64,000 nucleotides of DNA from a virus (taxonomy: Duplodnaviria; Caudoviricetes). This document shows, piece after piece, positions 1-8,342 of the stretch (within the stretch, counting starts at the first letter, position 1; every line of letters begins with the position of its first letter). Made by a program: the position numbers and the translations under genes. The notes under the pieces were generated by a model. The model did not search any database. It was given only the letters and a program-made list of their open reading frames with translations, and was not told where the DNA came from. The stretch spans positions 24,745-88,744 of the IMG/VR virus record IMGVR_UViG_2895427314_000003. One strand, written 5' to 3'.

Positions 1-269
1 CGCTGGCGAAGATGGCCCGCGGGTTCGCGCTGCCCAGGCAGATCACGGCCAAGGTGGAGCCGTCCACGGAGTACCTCGAGATCCGAGGTGTCGACCACGA
101 CCCGCTTCGCGTCGCTGCGATCCGCGTGTCGTGCCCATGGCCGCCATGCCGGGCGGTGCCCGGCGCTGTGTGCGTAGACGCGGATGGCCGCAGGCTGACT
201 GCTCCGGCGCACGAGGCCCGGCTGAAGGCCGCTGGCGTCGGCGACGACGAGCACCGGGTGTCGGGGTGA
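1..269 (+). CDS. Phage protein with C-terminal Cys/His zinc-finger-like domain (probably 5' truncated by window)
   Basis: CPWPPC...C...H motif; open frame from window start. Confidence 0.6.
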   Translation, partial: LAKMARGFALPRQITAKVEPSTEYLEIRGVDHDPLRVAAIRVSCPWPPCRAVPGAVCVDADGRRLTAPAHEARLKAAGVGDDEHRVSG

Positions 270-275
270 GGTGCC

Positions 276-557
276 GTGACCACCGCCGACCTACGCGACC
301 TGGACGAGGCGACAAGGGCTGCTGTCGCTGCCCTGGCGCACAGGGTCCGGGAGCGGGAAGCCCTCGCTGAACGCCCCGACGCCGAACTGTTCGCTGGTGA
401 GTTCATGACCGCGCTCCGCGGGCAGGGCTGGCGGCCGACCGCGGCCCGGCCTGCGCGACCGTGGCAGCAGCAGATCGGCCCTCCGCCCCGCCCGGAGATC
501 GCCCACCGCGGCGCCGAACTCGCCCGGCGAGCCATGGCAGGCGAGGAGGTGCCGTGA
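276..557 (+). CDS. Hypothetical phage protein
   Basis: GAGGTG RBS, GTG start, coupled to next ORF. Confidence 0.7.
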   Translation: MTTADLRDLDEATRAAVAALAHRVREREALAERPDAELFAGEFMTALRGQGWRPTAARPARPWQQQIGPPPRPEIAHRGAELARRAMAGEEVP

Positions 558-760
558 ACCCGGAGTTGGAAGCCCGCCTGTGGTCGCTGGAAGCGGAGCG
601 GCTGCGCCCTGTCCCGCCGAAGCCGCCTACGACCGGGATGGACCGGCGGGCGATCGAGAGGGTCATCGACTCTCTGGTGGCGCTCGGCCTGGACGACGAA
701 GACGAGGCGCCCGACTCTGACCAGGACGTTCACGACGGCCCGAGGGAGAACCCGCAATGA
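554..760 (+). CDS. Hypothetical phage protein
   Basis: GTGA overlap, acidic C-terminus. Confidence 0.6.
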   Translation: MNPELEARLWSLEAERLRPVPPKPPTTGMDRRAIERVIDSLVALGLDDEDEAPDSDQDVHDGPRENPQ

Positions 761-1062
761 CGTGCATCGCGTTCGGTCACGACGACGCGCAGGAGGCGCT
801 CCGCCAGTTCCTGTCAGGTGACGACAACGGCAGGTGGTGTACCGGCCGGCGGATCGCCCGCTACATCGCCCGCCCAGACGATCGAGGTCTGGCGGCCGTG
901 ATCGTGGACCCGGGCGAGTACGAGGACCTCCAGGAGGCGCAGGCGGCGCTGAACGCGATGCGGCAGGTGCTCGGCCGCTACCCCGAAACCGACGTCGGCG
1001 AGCCCGCCTCTCCCGTCCCCGTCCCGACACTCACCGAGCCTGAGGAGGCCCGTAAGCCATGA
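757..1062 (+). CDS. Hypothetical phage protein
   Basis: ATGA overlaps on both sides. Confidence 0.65.
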   Translation: MTCIAFGHDDAQEALRQFLSGDDNGRWCTGRRIARYIARPDDRGLAAVIVDPGEYEDLQEAQAALNAMRQVLGRYPETDVGEPASPVPVPTLTEPEEARKP

Positions 1063-1562
1063 GTGACACCAAGACCGAGATCCGCGTCCCGTGCGGCAAC
1101 GAGGACCACGACGAGCCCACCCCGGCGGTCGCTCGCCTGTCGTGGCCGGACGGCCGCTTCCGGCCGGTGCTCGCCTGCCAGGAGGACTTCGAGGAGGCGC
1201 TGGCGCAGCAGGCCGAGGAGCGGCTGACGCTTCTGATCGAGCCGATCAAGCCTGAGGGTGAGCGTAAGGGCCCGAAGGACTACACCGAGGCGATCCGGCA
1301 GGTGGAGCGCGCCTTCCGATACGCCTACGCCGAGCCGGTGAAGGCGATCCTGCTGGAGGCTCCCGACAAGCCGTGCCTGGAGGAGCTTCCTGAGACGCTG
1401 GAGGAGCGGCAGAAGCTTCCGGCCCGCTTCCACACCCCGCACTGGCTGGGCGACTGCATCCCGAAGGCGTGGGTGTGCAACGTCTGCTGGGACGAGGGCT
1501 CGGTGACGCGGTGGCCGTGCAAGGCCGCTGCTGAGTTCGGGGGCGAGGTGTTCGCCCGATGA
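1059..1562 (+). CDS. Hypothetical phage protein, Cys-containing
   Basis: Coupled ORF; C-terminal WVCNVC...WPC motif. Confidence 0.7.
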   Translation: MSDTKTEIRVPCGNEDHDEPTPAVARLSWPDGRFRPVLACQEDFEEALAQQAEERLTLLIEPIKPEGERKGPKDYTEAIRQVERAFRYAYAEPVKAILLEAPDKPCLEELPETLEERQKLPARFHTPHWLGDCIPKAWVCNVCWDEGSVTRWPCKAAAEFGGEVFAR

Positions 1563-1846
1563 GCACCGAGACCGCGCTGTCCGTGGAAGCCGAAGTCCGA
1601 GCCGCTGCCGTCAAGATCCGCACCGACAAGGGCCACCCGAACGGCGAACTCGTCGCTGAACTGCTGGACCACCTCGCGTTCGAGATGGAGTGCGAGGACG
1701 CCGAAGAGCAGGATTTTCCCGAGCATGTTCCGCAGTGGCGGCGGATGGTGGTCGACCACCGGGGAGAGGGCAGCTTCGCGTGGACGACCGCGCTGGTGCT
1801 CGCCCGGGTCGTCAACGGGACAGGGCAGGAGGTGGCCTCGCGATGA
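1559..1846 (+). CDS. Hypothetical phage protein
   Basis: ATGA overlaps. Confidence 0.7.
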   Translation: MSTETALSVEAEVRAAAVKIRTDKGHPNGELVAELLDHLAFEMECEDAEEQDFPEHVPQWRRMVVDHRGEGSFAWTTALVLARVVNGTGQEVASR

Positions 1847-2211
1847 GTCCCGTAGACGTGTGCGGAGCGGTGAGCGAGCACGGGGACGTGTGCGGCCTCC
1901 CGCCCCACCGCACGGGCCTCTGCCGGTCGAACGGTCCTCGCAAGCATGTGTCCTCGCCAGAGAAGGCGTCCAAGCCGTGGCGCTGGTACAAGAACGCCGC
2001 CGTCGCCTGGAACACGGTTCACCCGGTCGGCACGCCGGTCCTGGCATGGCCAGGCGCCCGCGACGACGAGCCGCTGGTGACCCGTACCCGGACGCCAGCG
2101 TGGACGCTCGGCCACGGTGCTGCCGTGGTGTCGGTCGAAGGCCGGTCGGGCGGTATCGCCCTCACCCACATCGAGCCCGTCGAAGCTTCCGAGGAAGTGG
2201 TCTCCCGATGA
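1843..2211 (+). CDS. Hypothetical phage protein
   Basis: ATGA overlap; WNTVHPVGTPV motif of a kind common in actinophage small genes. Confidence 0.7.
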   Translation: MSPVDVCGAVSEHGDVCGLPPHRTGLCRSNGPRKHVSSPEKASKPWRWYKNAAVAWNTVHPVGTPVLAWPGARDDEPLVTRTRTPAWTLGHGAAVVSVEGRSGGIALTHIEPVEASEEVVSR

Positions 2212-3008
2212 GCGACACCACCACACGGCAGCTCATGGACGCGCTGCTCGCCCACTACCGCAAGCCCGGCACCGACCAGGACGGTGAGGTACTCATCCCT
2301 GAAGTGGCCGCCCCTGGCTCCAGCCGCCGCGCCGATCTCGTACGGGTCGGACTGTGGTCGAGCAGGGGGTACGGCATCGACGTGCACGAGCTGAAGGTCA
2401 GCCGCGCGGACTGGCTGCGCGAACTCGACGACCCAGCGAAGGCGGAAGCCTGGTGGGAGCACTCCAGCCGCTTTTGGATCGTCGCCCCGCCGAACATGAT
2501 CCAGCCGTCCGAACTGCCGACCGGCTGGGGCCTGATGGTGCCGCCCACGTCAGCGAACCATCGCCGCTTCAAGGTGGTGGTGAAACCCGCCGAGCGCCAG
2601 CCGAAGCTGACGCTGGCGCTGATGACCGAACTGGTGCGGCGGGCCGACAACATCCGCGCCGGTGAGATCTGGCAGATCAAGCAGGAGCACCGCAACGCCC
2701 TCTACGAGCAGGAGCAGAAGATCCGGCAGGAGATCGGCTCTTCCCGACTCGACTACGAGACCCAGGAGCGCCTGGAACTGTTGGACAAGATCGAGGCTGC
2801 GATGGGGATGCAGATCACGCGGTACGCGTCCCGCAGGGACGAGCGTTTCGTGGGCGTGGAGGAGTGGGTGGCGGCCGTCGCTGAGTTTACGCCCGATCAC
2901 GTCGCGCTCCAGCGGCACCGCCGCGAACTGGACGGCATGGAGGATCGGATCCGCCGCGCTGCGAACTTCGCGCTGACCAACCTCCCGGAGCGAGGCGACC
3001 ATGGCTGA
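2208..3008 (+). CDS. MmcB-like PD-(D/E)XK nuclease family protein
   Basis: EV...RRADLV...HELKVSRADWLREL..P.KA..W....RFWIVAP pattern. Confidence 0.7.
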   Translation: MSDTTTRQLMDALLAHYRKPGTDQDGEVLIPEVAAPGSSRRADLVRVGLWSSRGYGIDVHELKVSRADWLRELDDPAKAEAWWEHSSRFWIVAPPNMIQPSELPTGWGLMVPPTSANHRRFKVVVKPAERQPKLTLALMTELVRRADNIRAGEIWQIKQEHRNALYEQEQKIRQEIGSSRLDYETQERLELLDKIEAAMGMQITRYASRRDERFVGVEEWVAAVAEFTPDHVALQRHRRELDGMEDRIRRAANFALTNLPERGDHG

Positions 3009-3462
3009 CACCACCGAGAAAACGATCGCGTCCGAACTGCGAGAGGCGGCGGCGAGAGCGCGCGAGCACCTGTTGTCGCATGTGGTCGCTGAGGTGCTTC
3101 CGCAGACCGCGATTGTGGTGCTGTGCGGCAGCGTCCACGAGGAGTCGGCGGTGACCTGCCGCAACTGTGTCCTGTTCGACGTGAAGGACCGGGTGCTGGC
3201 CCGCTTGGTGGCGACGCTGATCAACGCCCGTGAGCCTCTCGCTTCCTGGCTGGAGCAGGTGGCGGAGGTCTTCGACAAGGAGGTCATCTGCGACCAGCCG
3301 GAGTGCCCCGCATGCGGTGACGGCTGCCATGTCGATCACGGCACGCTCCTCGTCCATGACGGCGGCTGCGGAGGTGTCCTGCTCGATGTGGGTGAGGACC
3401 GGTGCTCCTGCTTTGCGGGCGGGATGGCTGTGGCTCGTGTCCTGAACGGAACCTCCCGGTGA
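3001..3462 (+). CDS. Hypothetical Cys-rich phage protein
   Basis: Overlapping ORF, several CxxC-like motifs. Confidence 0.65.
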   Translation: MADTTEKTIASELREAAARAREHLLSHVVAEVLPQTAIVVLCGSVHEESAVTCRNCVLFDVKDRVLARLVATLINAREPLASWLEQVAEVFDKEVICDQPECPACGDGCHVDHGTLLVHDGGCGGVLLDVGEDRCSCFAGGMAVARVLNGTSR

Positions 3463-3710
3463 GCCGCGTGGATGACATCTTCTACGAGCTGGTGTGGCGG
3501 CCTCGCTGGACTGGCCCGTTGGTCGAGACGTCTCCTCCTGCGCCCGCCAGGCGCGTGGAGGTCCTGCCGAAAACCGACTGGGCGGAGACTGCCGAAGAGG
3601 TGGCCGACGAAGCCGAGTCCGAGCGTGTGCGGCTCGCCGATCTGGTTGCTGCGGGCTTGTCTCCGCTGGAGGCTGCCCGGCTGCTGTTCGCCGAAGGGAC
3701 CGCGTCGTGA
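3459..3710 (+). CDS. Hypothetical phage protein
   Basis: GTGA overlap. Confidence 0.55.
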   Translation: MSRVDDIFYELVWRPRWTGPLVETSPPAPARRVEVLPKTDWAETAEEVADEAESERVRLADLVAAGLSPLEAARLLFAEGTAS

Positions 3711-3835
3711 CCCGCCGGGACTGGTACTTGAAGACGCTCGCCCTGATGGAGGCGGCGGCCGTCGTCGAGACGGACCCGCGACGCGAGGACGCCCCCGTTC
3801 AGACGATCGACGAGGAGGCCACCGATGTGGCGTAG
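3707..3835 (+). CDS. Small hypothetical protein (42 aa)
   Basis: GTGA overlap; fills the gap before DUF397. Confidence 0.45.
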   Translation: MTRRDWYLKTLALMEAAAVVETDPRREDAPVQTIDEEATDVA

Positions 3836-4103
3836 GTCCAGCTTCTGCAACGGCGCTACCGCGTGTGTGGAGGTGGCGGAGGTCGAGGGCTTGGTGGCGT
3901 TACGGGACTCGAAGGAGCCGGACGGCCCGGTGCTGCTCTACAGCCGCCTTGAGTGGGAGGCGTTCCTGGCGGGCGTCCGAGCCGGAGAGTTTGATCTGGC
4001 GGTCCTTTGCGCTTCGGCGGGGGACGGCTCGGACGGAGATGCCCGCGCTCGCGCCTCAGAGGCCCCTACGGCGCGAGAAGACGCGTCTCAGGTCTCCGTG
4101 TAG
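3825..4103 (+). CDS. DUF397 domain protein (BldB/Scr2-like family)
   Basis: WRRSSFC....CVEVA....VALRDSK.PDGPVL......W.AFLAGVRAGEFD signature. Confidence 0.9.
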   Translation: MWRRSSFCNGATACVEVAEVEGLVALRDSKEPDGPVLLYSRLEWEAFLAGVRAGEFDLAVLCASAGDGSDGDARARASEAPTAREDASQVSV

Positions 4104-4220
4104 CGCCCGCCCCGTCTCGCGGGGCTCTGGGGTACCTACAGCCCCGCGAGGCGAACTCCAGTTCCCAGCAAGATCGAAATATGCAGCTTCAAGATCAATG
4201 TTCGATAGGAGATCCGAACG

Positions 4221-4565
4221 ATGCGAGGCATCAACGAGCCGCCCGTGAAGGTCTGGCTGGTGTGGTCCAACGAGCACGACGCCTGGTGGGGGCCCGCAAG
4301 GCGGGGCTACACGCACGACGTGTGGGCCGCAGGCCGTTACGCCGAGACGGACGCGGCCGTGATCTGCCGGAGGGCGGCGTATGGCTGGCGTGAGGGCGCG
4401 CTCCCGCCCGAGGTGATGGTCTCCGCGCCGGAGAACGACCAGGACAAGTTCTCCGTGGACGACCTGCGTCACATGCCCGAGCGGATGGCTGCGAGAGCTG
4501 AGGAGGTCACCCGGGAGGCGATCGCCAAGAGGCGGGCCGAGCAGGACAGCGAGGTGTCCCGCTGA
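4221..4565 (+). CDS. Hypothetical phage protein
   Basis: WLVWSNEH.AWW....GYT motif; AGGAG RBS. Confidence 0.7.
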   Translation: MRGINEPPVKVWLVWSNEHDAWWGPARRGYTHDVWAAGRYAETDAAVICRRAAYGWREGALPPEVMVSAPENDQDKFSVDDLRHMPERMAARAEEVTREAIAKRRAEQDSEVSR

Positions 4566-4852
4566 TGGCCCGCTACCGCAAGACGATCGAGGTCGAGGCC
4601 GTCCAGTGGACGGGAGACAACCGCGATGAGGTGCTCGCCCTCGTCGGCTCGTTCAGATCGAGGACGACCTTCACCAGCCACGAGCCGTCGCTGGTGCAGA
4701 TCTGGATGACTGAGTGGCACCGGATGGAGGTCCCTGTCGGCGACTGGATCGCTGAGGAGCCGATGGGCGACACGATGGCCCTTCGCCATGTGTGGGTGTC
4801 CGAGTTCGCCGCTGGCTACCAGCCCGTCCAGGACATCGAGGCTGCCCAGTGA
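4565..4852 (+). CDS. Hypothetical phage protein (YRK..EVEAVQW family)
   Basis: N-terminal MARYRKTIEVEAVQWTG motif widespread in phages. Confidence 0.75.
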   Translation: MARYRKTIEVEAVQWTGDNRDEVLALVGSFRSRTTFTSHEPSLVQIWMTEWHRMEVPVGDWIAEEPMGDTMALRHVWVSEFAAGYQPVQDIEAAQ

Positions 4853-5271
4853 GCAGCGTCTACCGCGTCCTCTGCCTCTCCCACGACCCGGCCATCATCC
4901 TCTCCGAGGTCGAGTACCACCGACCCGAGGCGGCCGTCTCGGATATCGCTGCAGGCATCGACGGCCACGCAGAGTGTGATCTGCTGATCGGCCGGTACTC
5001 GTACCCGCTGATCGAGGTCGGCTGCCCGCCCGCCACCGGCCCTGAACGGTCAGGCCGCCCCCGCTGCTCCACCCACTCCACGACGGAGTGGGTGGACGTG
5101 GCATGGCTGCGGATCCTCCTCGCCGTGCACCGCAACGGCACCAAGGAGATGCAGGAACTGGTCGGTGCCACGCAGCTCCGCCACTGGTCGTACGAGCGGT
5201 TGCGACGCCTCCGCGACGAACTCGGCATCGACGCGGACGAGCCCGCCGACCAGTCTGGGGAAGGCCGGTGA
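4849..5271 (+). CDS. Hypothetical phage protein
   Basis: GTGA overlap, long ORF with coding-like composition. Confidence 0.7.
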   Translation: MSSVYRVLCLSHDPAIILSEVEYHRPEAAVSDIAAGIDGHAECDLLIGRYSYPLIEVGCPPATGPERSGRPRCSTHSTTEWVDVAWLRILLAVHRNGTKEMQELVGATQLRHWSYERLRRLRDELGIDADEPADQSGEGR

Positions 5272-5275
5272 ACGG

Positions 5276-5548
5276 CTACTCGGCGGCGGTCTCGGGTTCG
5301 CCGGCGTGCTGCTTTCGGGGGCGTCCAGGGTGCATGCGGGCGCGGCGCTCTGCCAGCTCCTGCTCGGCTGCCGCGAGCTTGTCCAGCTGGGCCTCGCCTC
5401 CATGGCGGTTGATCTGCCGTCGCATGTGGTCGAGCAGGTCGGCGGTTCGGTTGGTTCCGAGCTGCTTGCACACCTCGCCGTATGCCTCCCAGAGGACTTC
5501 AGGCACCCGGATTGGGCGGGGCTTGGTGACCTGGTCGTCGCTGCTCAT
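5276..5548 (-). CDS. Ribbon-helix-helix-like DNA-binding protein
   Basis: TKPRPIRVPEVLWEAYGEVC...RTADLLDHMRRQI fits the RHH beta-strand/helix/helix pattern; C-terminal GRPRK. Confidence 0.7.
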   Translation of the reverse strand: MSSDDQVTKPRPIRVPEVLWEAYGEVCKQLGTNRTADLLDHMRRQINRHGGEAQLDKLAAAEQELAERRARMHPGRPRKQHAGEPETAAE

Positions 5549-5562
5549 GGCGTCCCTTCGCT

Positions 5563-5631
5563 GTGTATCTACAGAAATCTTCTCAGAGGTATTGCGTATC
5601 TACAAGCATGAGAGTTAATCTGTAGATACAC
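5563..5631. promoter_or_regulatory. Divergent promoter region with three GTATCTACA operator-like boxes
   Basis: gtgtatctacag 5563-5574, gcgtatctacaa 5594-5605, inverted ctgtagatacac 5620-5631 in an AT-rich gap. Confidence 0.7.
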
Positions 5632-5654
5632 AACAGGACGCCAGGGAGAACAAG

Positions 5655-5795
5655 ATGACTTTCGCCCAGATCCTCGCCGCAGACCCGAACACCACCGACG
5701 CCGACATCGAGGACTTCACCTCCTACATGAGCGACGCGGACGCGGACCGCTTCTGGAGGCAGGTCCGCGAGACCCGGGACGCGCTCCGCAAGTAG
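5655..5795 (+). CDS. Small acidic hypothetical protein (46 aa, MTFAQILAADPN...)
   Basis: GGGAG RBS, ATG 5655, TAG 5793-5795; hairpin follows; below ORF-track cutoff. Confidence 0.65.
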   Translation: MTFAQILAADPNTTDADIEDFTSYMSDADADRFWRQVRETRDALRK

Positions 5796-5885
5796 GACCT
5801 CAGAGCCCCGGGAAGACCGGGGCTCACCCCCCCTCTCCCTGAACCCGACCGGAAGATCCCGCGACCAGCGCCACGGAGGACCGAG

Positions 5886-6071
5886 ATGACCGCTCCCACC
5901 GCCCCGCACTCCGACAACCGGTGCACCGCCACCGCTGAGACGTGGGGAATGACCTTCCGCTGCACACGCCCCGCCGACCATCCCGGCTCGATGCACAGCC
6001 TGAACATGTCCGAGCCCGAGCAGCCCGCCCCTGCCACTCCCCGATCTTGTCCGCCCCTGCCGCTGCCGTAG
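5886..6071 (+). CDS. Small Cys/His protein
   Basis: GGAGG RBS; C...C...H.G.H motif. Confidence 0.55.
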   Translation: MTAPTAPHSDNRCTATAETWGMTFRCTRPADHPGSMHSLNMSEPEQPAPATPRSCPPLPLP

Positions 6072-6079
6072 GAGCACCG

Positions 6080-6478
6080 ATGACCACCCAGCCCAAGCCG
6101 GTCTCCCCGTCCGGCATCTCCCGCCAGTTGCGCAACGCCGGATACCCCGTCATCGGGGTCGGTATCGGCACCGGCCGCCGCCTGCCCGGCGTGTACGTGT
6201 CGGGCAGGCGGAAGTTCGGCTCCGTGACGGTGATGGTCAGGAACGACGACAACCCGGGGCGGCGTGCCGAACTGGCGGCCGAGGTGGCGGAGTTCCTGCG
6301 GAAGGCGGGGCGCTTCGTGGACCACACGCCTGGCAAGTGGGTGTTCAGCGTCCGCGCCACCGGCCCCGCCCCGGGACGCCTCGTCAAGGCGTTGCGTGAG
6401 GCCGCCGCCAACTTTCCGCCGATGGAGCCGGACCCGCACGTGTGCGAGACCGACTGTGAGTGCCAGAACGACGACTGA
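6080..6478 (+). CDS. Hypothetical phage protein
   Basis: AGGAG RBS before ATG 6080. Confidence 0.65.
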   Translation: MTTQPKPVSPSGISRQLRNAGYPVIGVGIGTGRRLPGVYVSGRRKFGSVTVMVRNDDNPGRRAELAAEVAEFLRKAGRFVDHTPGKWVFSVRATGPAPGRLVKALREAAANFPPMEPDPHVCETDCECQNDD

Positions 6479-6501
6479 CCGCCCCTGACGTAGGAGACCT
6501 G

Positions 6502-6786
6502 ATGAGAACCACGCTCTCGCCCGAACGTCTCGCTGTTCTCGCCGCCGAAGGGAAGGCGGAGGCAGCGAAGAGTCGTTTCGTGGATCCGTGCGCCGCCGCT
6601 CAGTCGAAGAAGCTGCTGCGCGAGCGTGGCGAGGAGTGGGCGGCGAGCGTCCTCATGCGGGACCTATCGCGCCGCTCCCTCGCCTTCCCGCACCTGCCGT
6701 GGCTGGAGGATGGCGAGATCGAGACGCTGATTCTCGCCGACCGCGCCGAATGGGAGCAGATCACCCGCGCGTTCGAGAGCGCCTGA
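6502..6786 (+). CDS. Hypothetical phage protein
   Basis: AGGAG RBS before ATG 6502. Confidence 0.7.
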   Translation: MRTTLSPERLAVLAAEGKAEAAKSRFVDPCAAAQSKKLLRERGEEWAASVLMRDLSRRSLAFPHLPWLEDGEIETLILADRAEWEQITRAFESA

Positions 6787-6857
6787 CCTCTCCCTCTCCC
6801 CGGTACCTCCTGCCGGGGACCGGGACACCCAACCCCTCAACGACCAAGGAGTTCCCC

Positions 6858-7070
6858 GTGAGTGACAACGAAGAGACCGTGAAGCTGAAGGTGAACGTCA
6901 GCCTGATCACCTCGGTGCGCAGCAACACCGAGAGCGTCATCGACACGGGCGAGACCCGCGAGGACTGGGACGCCATGACCAAAGCCGAGCAAGAGAAGCT
7001 CGGCAACGAGCTGTACAGCGAGTGGGTCGCCACCATGACGTCCGGCGGCTGGGAAGTTGTGGAGGACTGA
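6858..7070 (+). CDS. Small acidic hypothetical protein
   Basis: AAGGAG RBS before GTG 6858. Confidence 0.7.
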   Translation: MSDNEETVKLKVNVSLITSVRSNTESVIDTGETREDWDAMTKAEQEKLGNELYSEWVATMTSGGWEVVED

Positions 7071-7073
7071 CCG

Positions 7074-7529
7074 ATGAGCGAAGAGAAGCACCAGGGGTGC
7101 CGGGCCTGCGACCGTACCGACGTGAGCTTGAAGGCGGACGGGACGTTACGCATGCACGTCCGCAGCAAGGGCGGCAACGCCTGGCTCGCCCCGGGCGGGA
7201 ACCGCTGCCACGGCGCTGGTGAACCGCCCAAGGGCGTGCTCGGCCACTACGCGAAGCAGGTGATCGCAACCCTGCTGCCGTACTTCTCCGACCTGAAGAA
7301 GCCGTACGTGGCCGAGGTGATCGGCGAGGCGGTCCAGAAGCACCACGCCAGCCCCAGCGAGACGTTCGAGGCGATCCTCGACGGCGGCTCGGCCAACTGG
7401 CGGCTCAAGCCGGACGGGCGCAACACCGGACGGGTCAGGCTGGCCTGCTACCGGCTCAACGAGCGCCCTGAGGACCTGGCCCTGGAGGAGCGGGTAAATG
7501 CCGCCCTCGCAGAGATCCGCTACCGCTGA
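7074..7529 (+). CDS. Hypothetical phage protein with N-terminal CxxC/H motif
   Basis: CRAC...H...C; GGAGGA RBS. Confidence 0.7.
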   Translation: MSEEKHQGCRACDRTDVSLKADGTLRMHVRSKGGNAWLAPGGNRCHGAGEPPKGVLGHYAKQVIATLLPYFSDLKKPYVAEVIGEAVQKHHASPSETFEAILDGGSANWRLKPDGRNTGRVRLACYRLNERPEDLALEERVNAALAEIRYR

Positions 7530-7576
7530 CCATCCAGCCCTGTCTCTCCGGTACCTGGCGAGACAGGGCGGTAATC

Positions 7577-7625
7577 CACAAGACCAGATCGACAACGGCA
7601 GATCTACAAGACCAGATCCACAAGA
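7577..7625 (+). repeat. 14-bp tandem repeat (NACAAGACCAGATC), three copies plus a partial
   Basis: cacaagaccagatc, gacaacggcagatc, tacaagaccagatc, cacaaga. Confidence 0.8.
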
Positions 7626-7638
7626 GGAGCCCTCGAAC

Positions 7639-7911
7639 ATGGCCAGCGAGCAGTTCCCTGACCGTCTCCTCCGCCACGGCTACGACAGCGAACGAACCCG
7701 GGCGAGAAGCAACTTGGAGATCGAACTTCGTGACGCCCGAGCGGTCCTGGACCAGCTCACCGAGATCGTGAAGGACGACACCGCGACCATTGTCGGCTCC
7801 ACGGCGGCGCGACTGGGCCGCACCGTCGCCGATCTGGTCGCCTACGCGAACGCTCTGGACATGGCCAACCGTCTGGCGTTCCTCTGCCCACCCGCCCCCG
7901 AGGAAGGTTGA
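7639..7911 (+). CDS. Hypothetical phage protein
   Basis: GAGGAG RBS before ATG 7639. Confidence 0.7.
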   Translation: MASEQFPDRLLRHGYDSERTRARSNLEIELRDARAVLDQLTEIVKDDTATIVGSTAARLGRTVADLVAYANALDMANRLAFLCPPAPEEG

Positions 7912-7916
7912 TCCCG

Positions 7917-8069
7917 ATGCCTGACGTAACCGTCCCCGACTGGCTGTTGCAGTCCGCTCTCTCCTCCTGGCGGCGGGATCCGAGCCTCTGCCTGGAGGAG
8001 CGGATGCGGGCCGTCCTCGTTGACGCCCTCACCGAGTACCGGATCGTCTACGGGCCGGAGGAGGGCTGA
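7917..8069 (+). CDS. Small hypothetical protein (50 aa)
   Basis: Translated by hand: MPDVTVPDWLLQSAL...; GGAAGG RBS. Confidence 0.55.
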   Translation: MPDVTVPDWLLQSALSSWRRDPSLCLEERMRAVLVDALTEYRIVYGPEEG

Positions 8070-8075
8070 TCCCCG

Positions 8076-8342
8076 ATGGCTTTGATCACTGACACCCCGT
8101 ACGGGCGTAACGCCGTAGACGCCCTGAGCGCCGCTGTCGCGCTCGAACGCGACTTCCCCGGCTGGCTGGCCGCGACCCTCGCCACCGTCGCCGCCTCCCA
8201 GCCTCACGGCTCCTACGACCTCACCGCAGGACGGCCCGGCTCGTGGGAGGCAGACCTAGTTCGGCGGCTGCTGGCCGGCACTGTGGGCGAGGACGACGAA
8301 TACCTCGGCATGTACCGGGAGGGTGGCAGCGATGATGAGTGA
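8076..8342 (+). CDS. Hypothetical phage protein
   Basis: GGAGG RBS; coupled ORF. Confidence 0.7.
   Translation: MALITDTPYGRNAVDALSAAVALERDFPGWLAATLATVAASQPHGSYDLTAGRPGSWEADLVRRLLAGTVGEDDEYLGMYREGGSDDE

Noticed and set aside
4174-4205. TCGAA and GTTCGA half-sites suggesting a second SOS box
   Set aside because: Half-sites are about 20 bp apart, not 4; each 16-mer has many mismatches.
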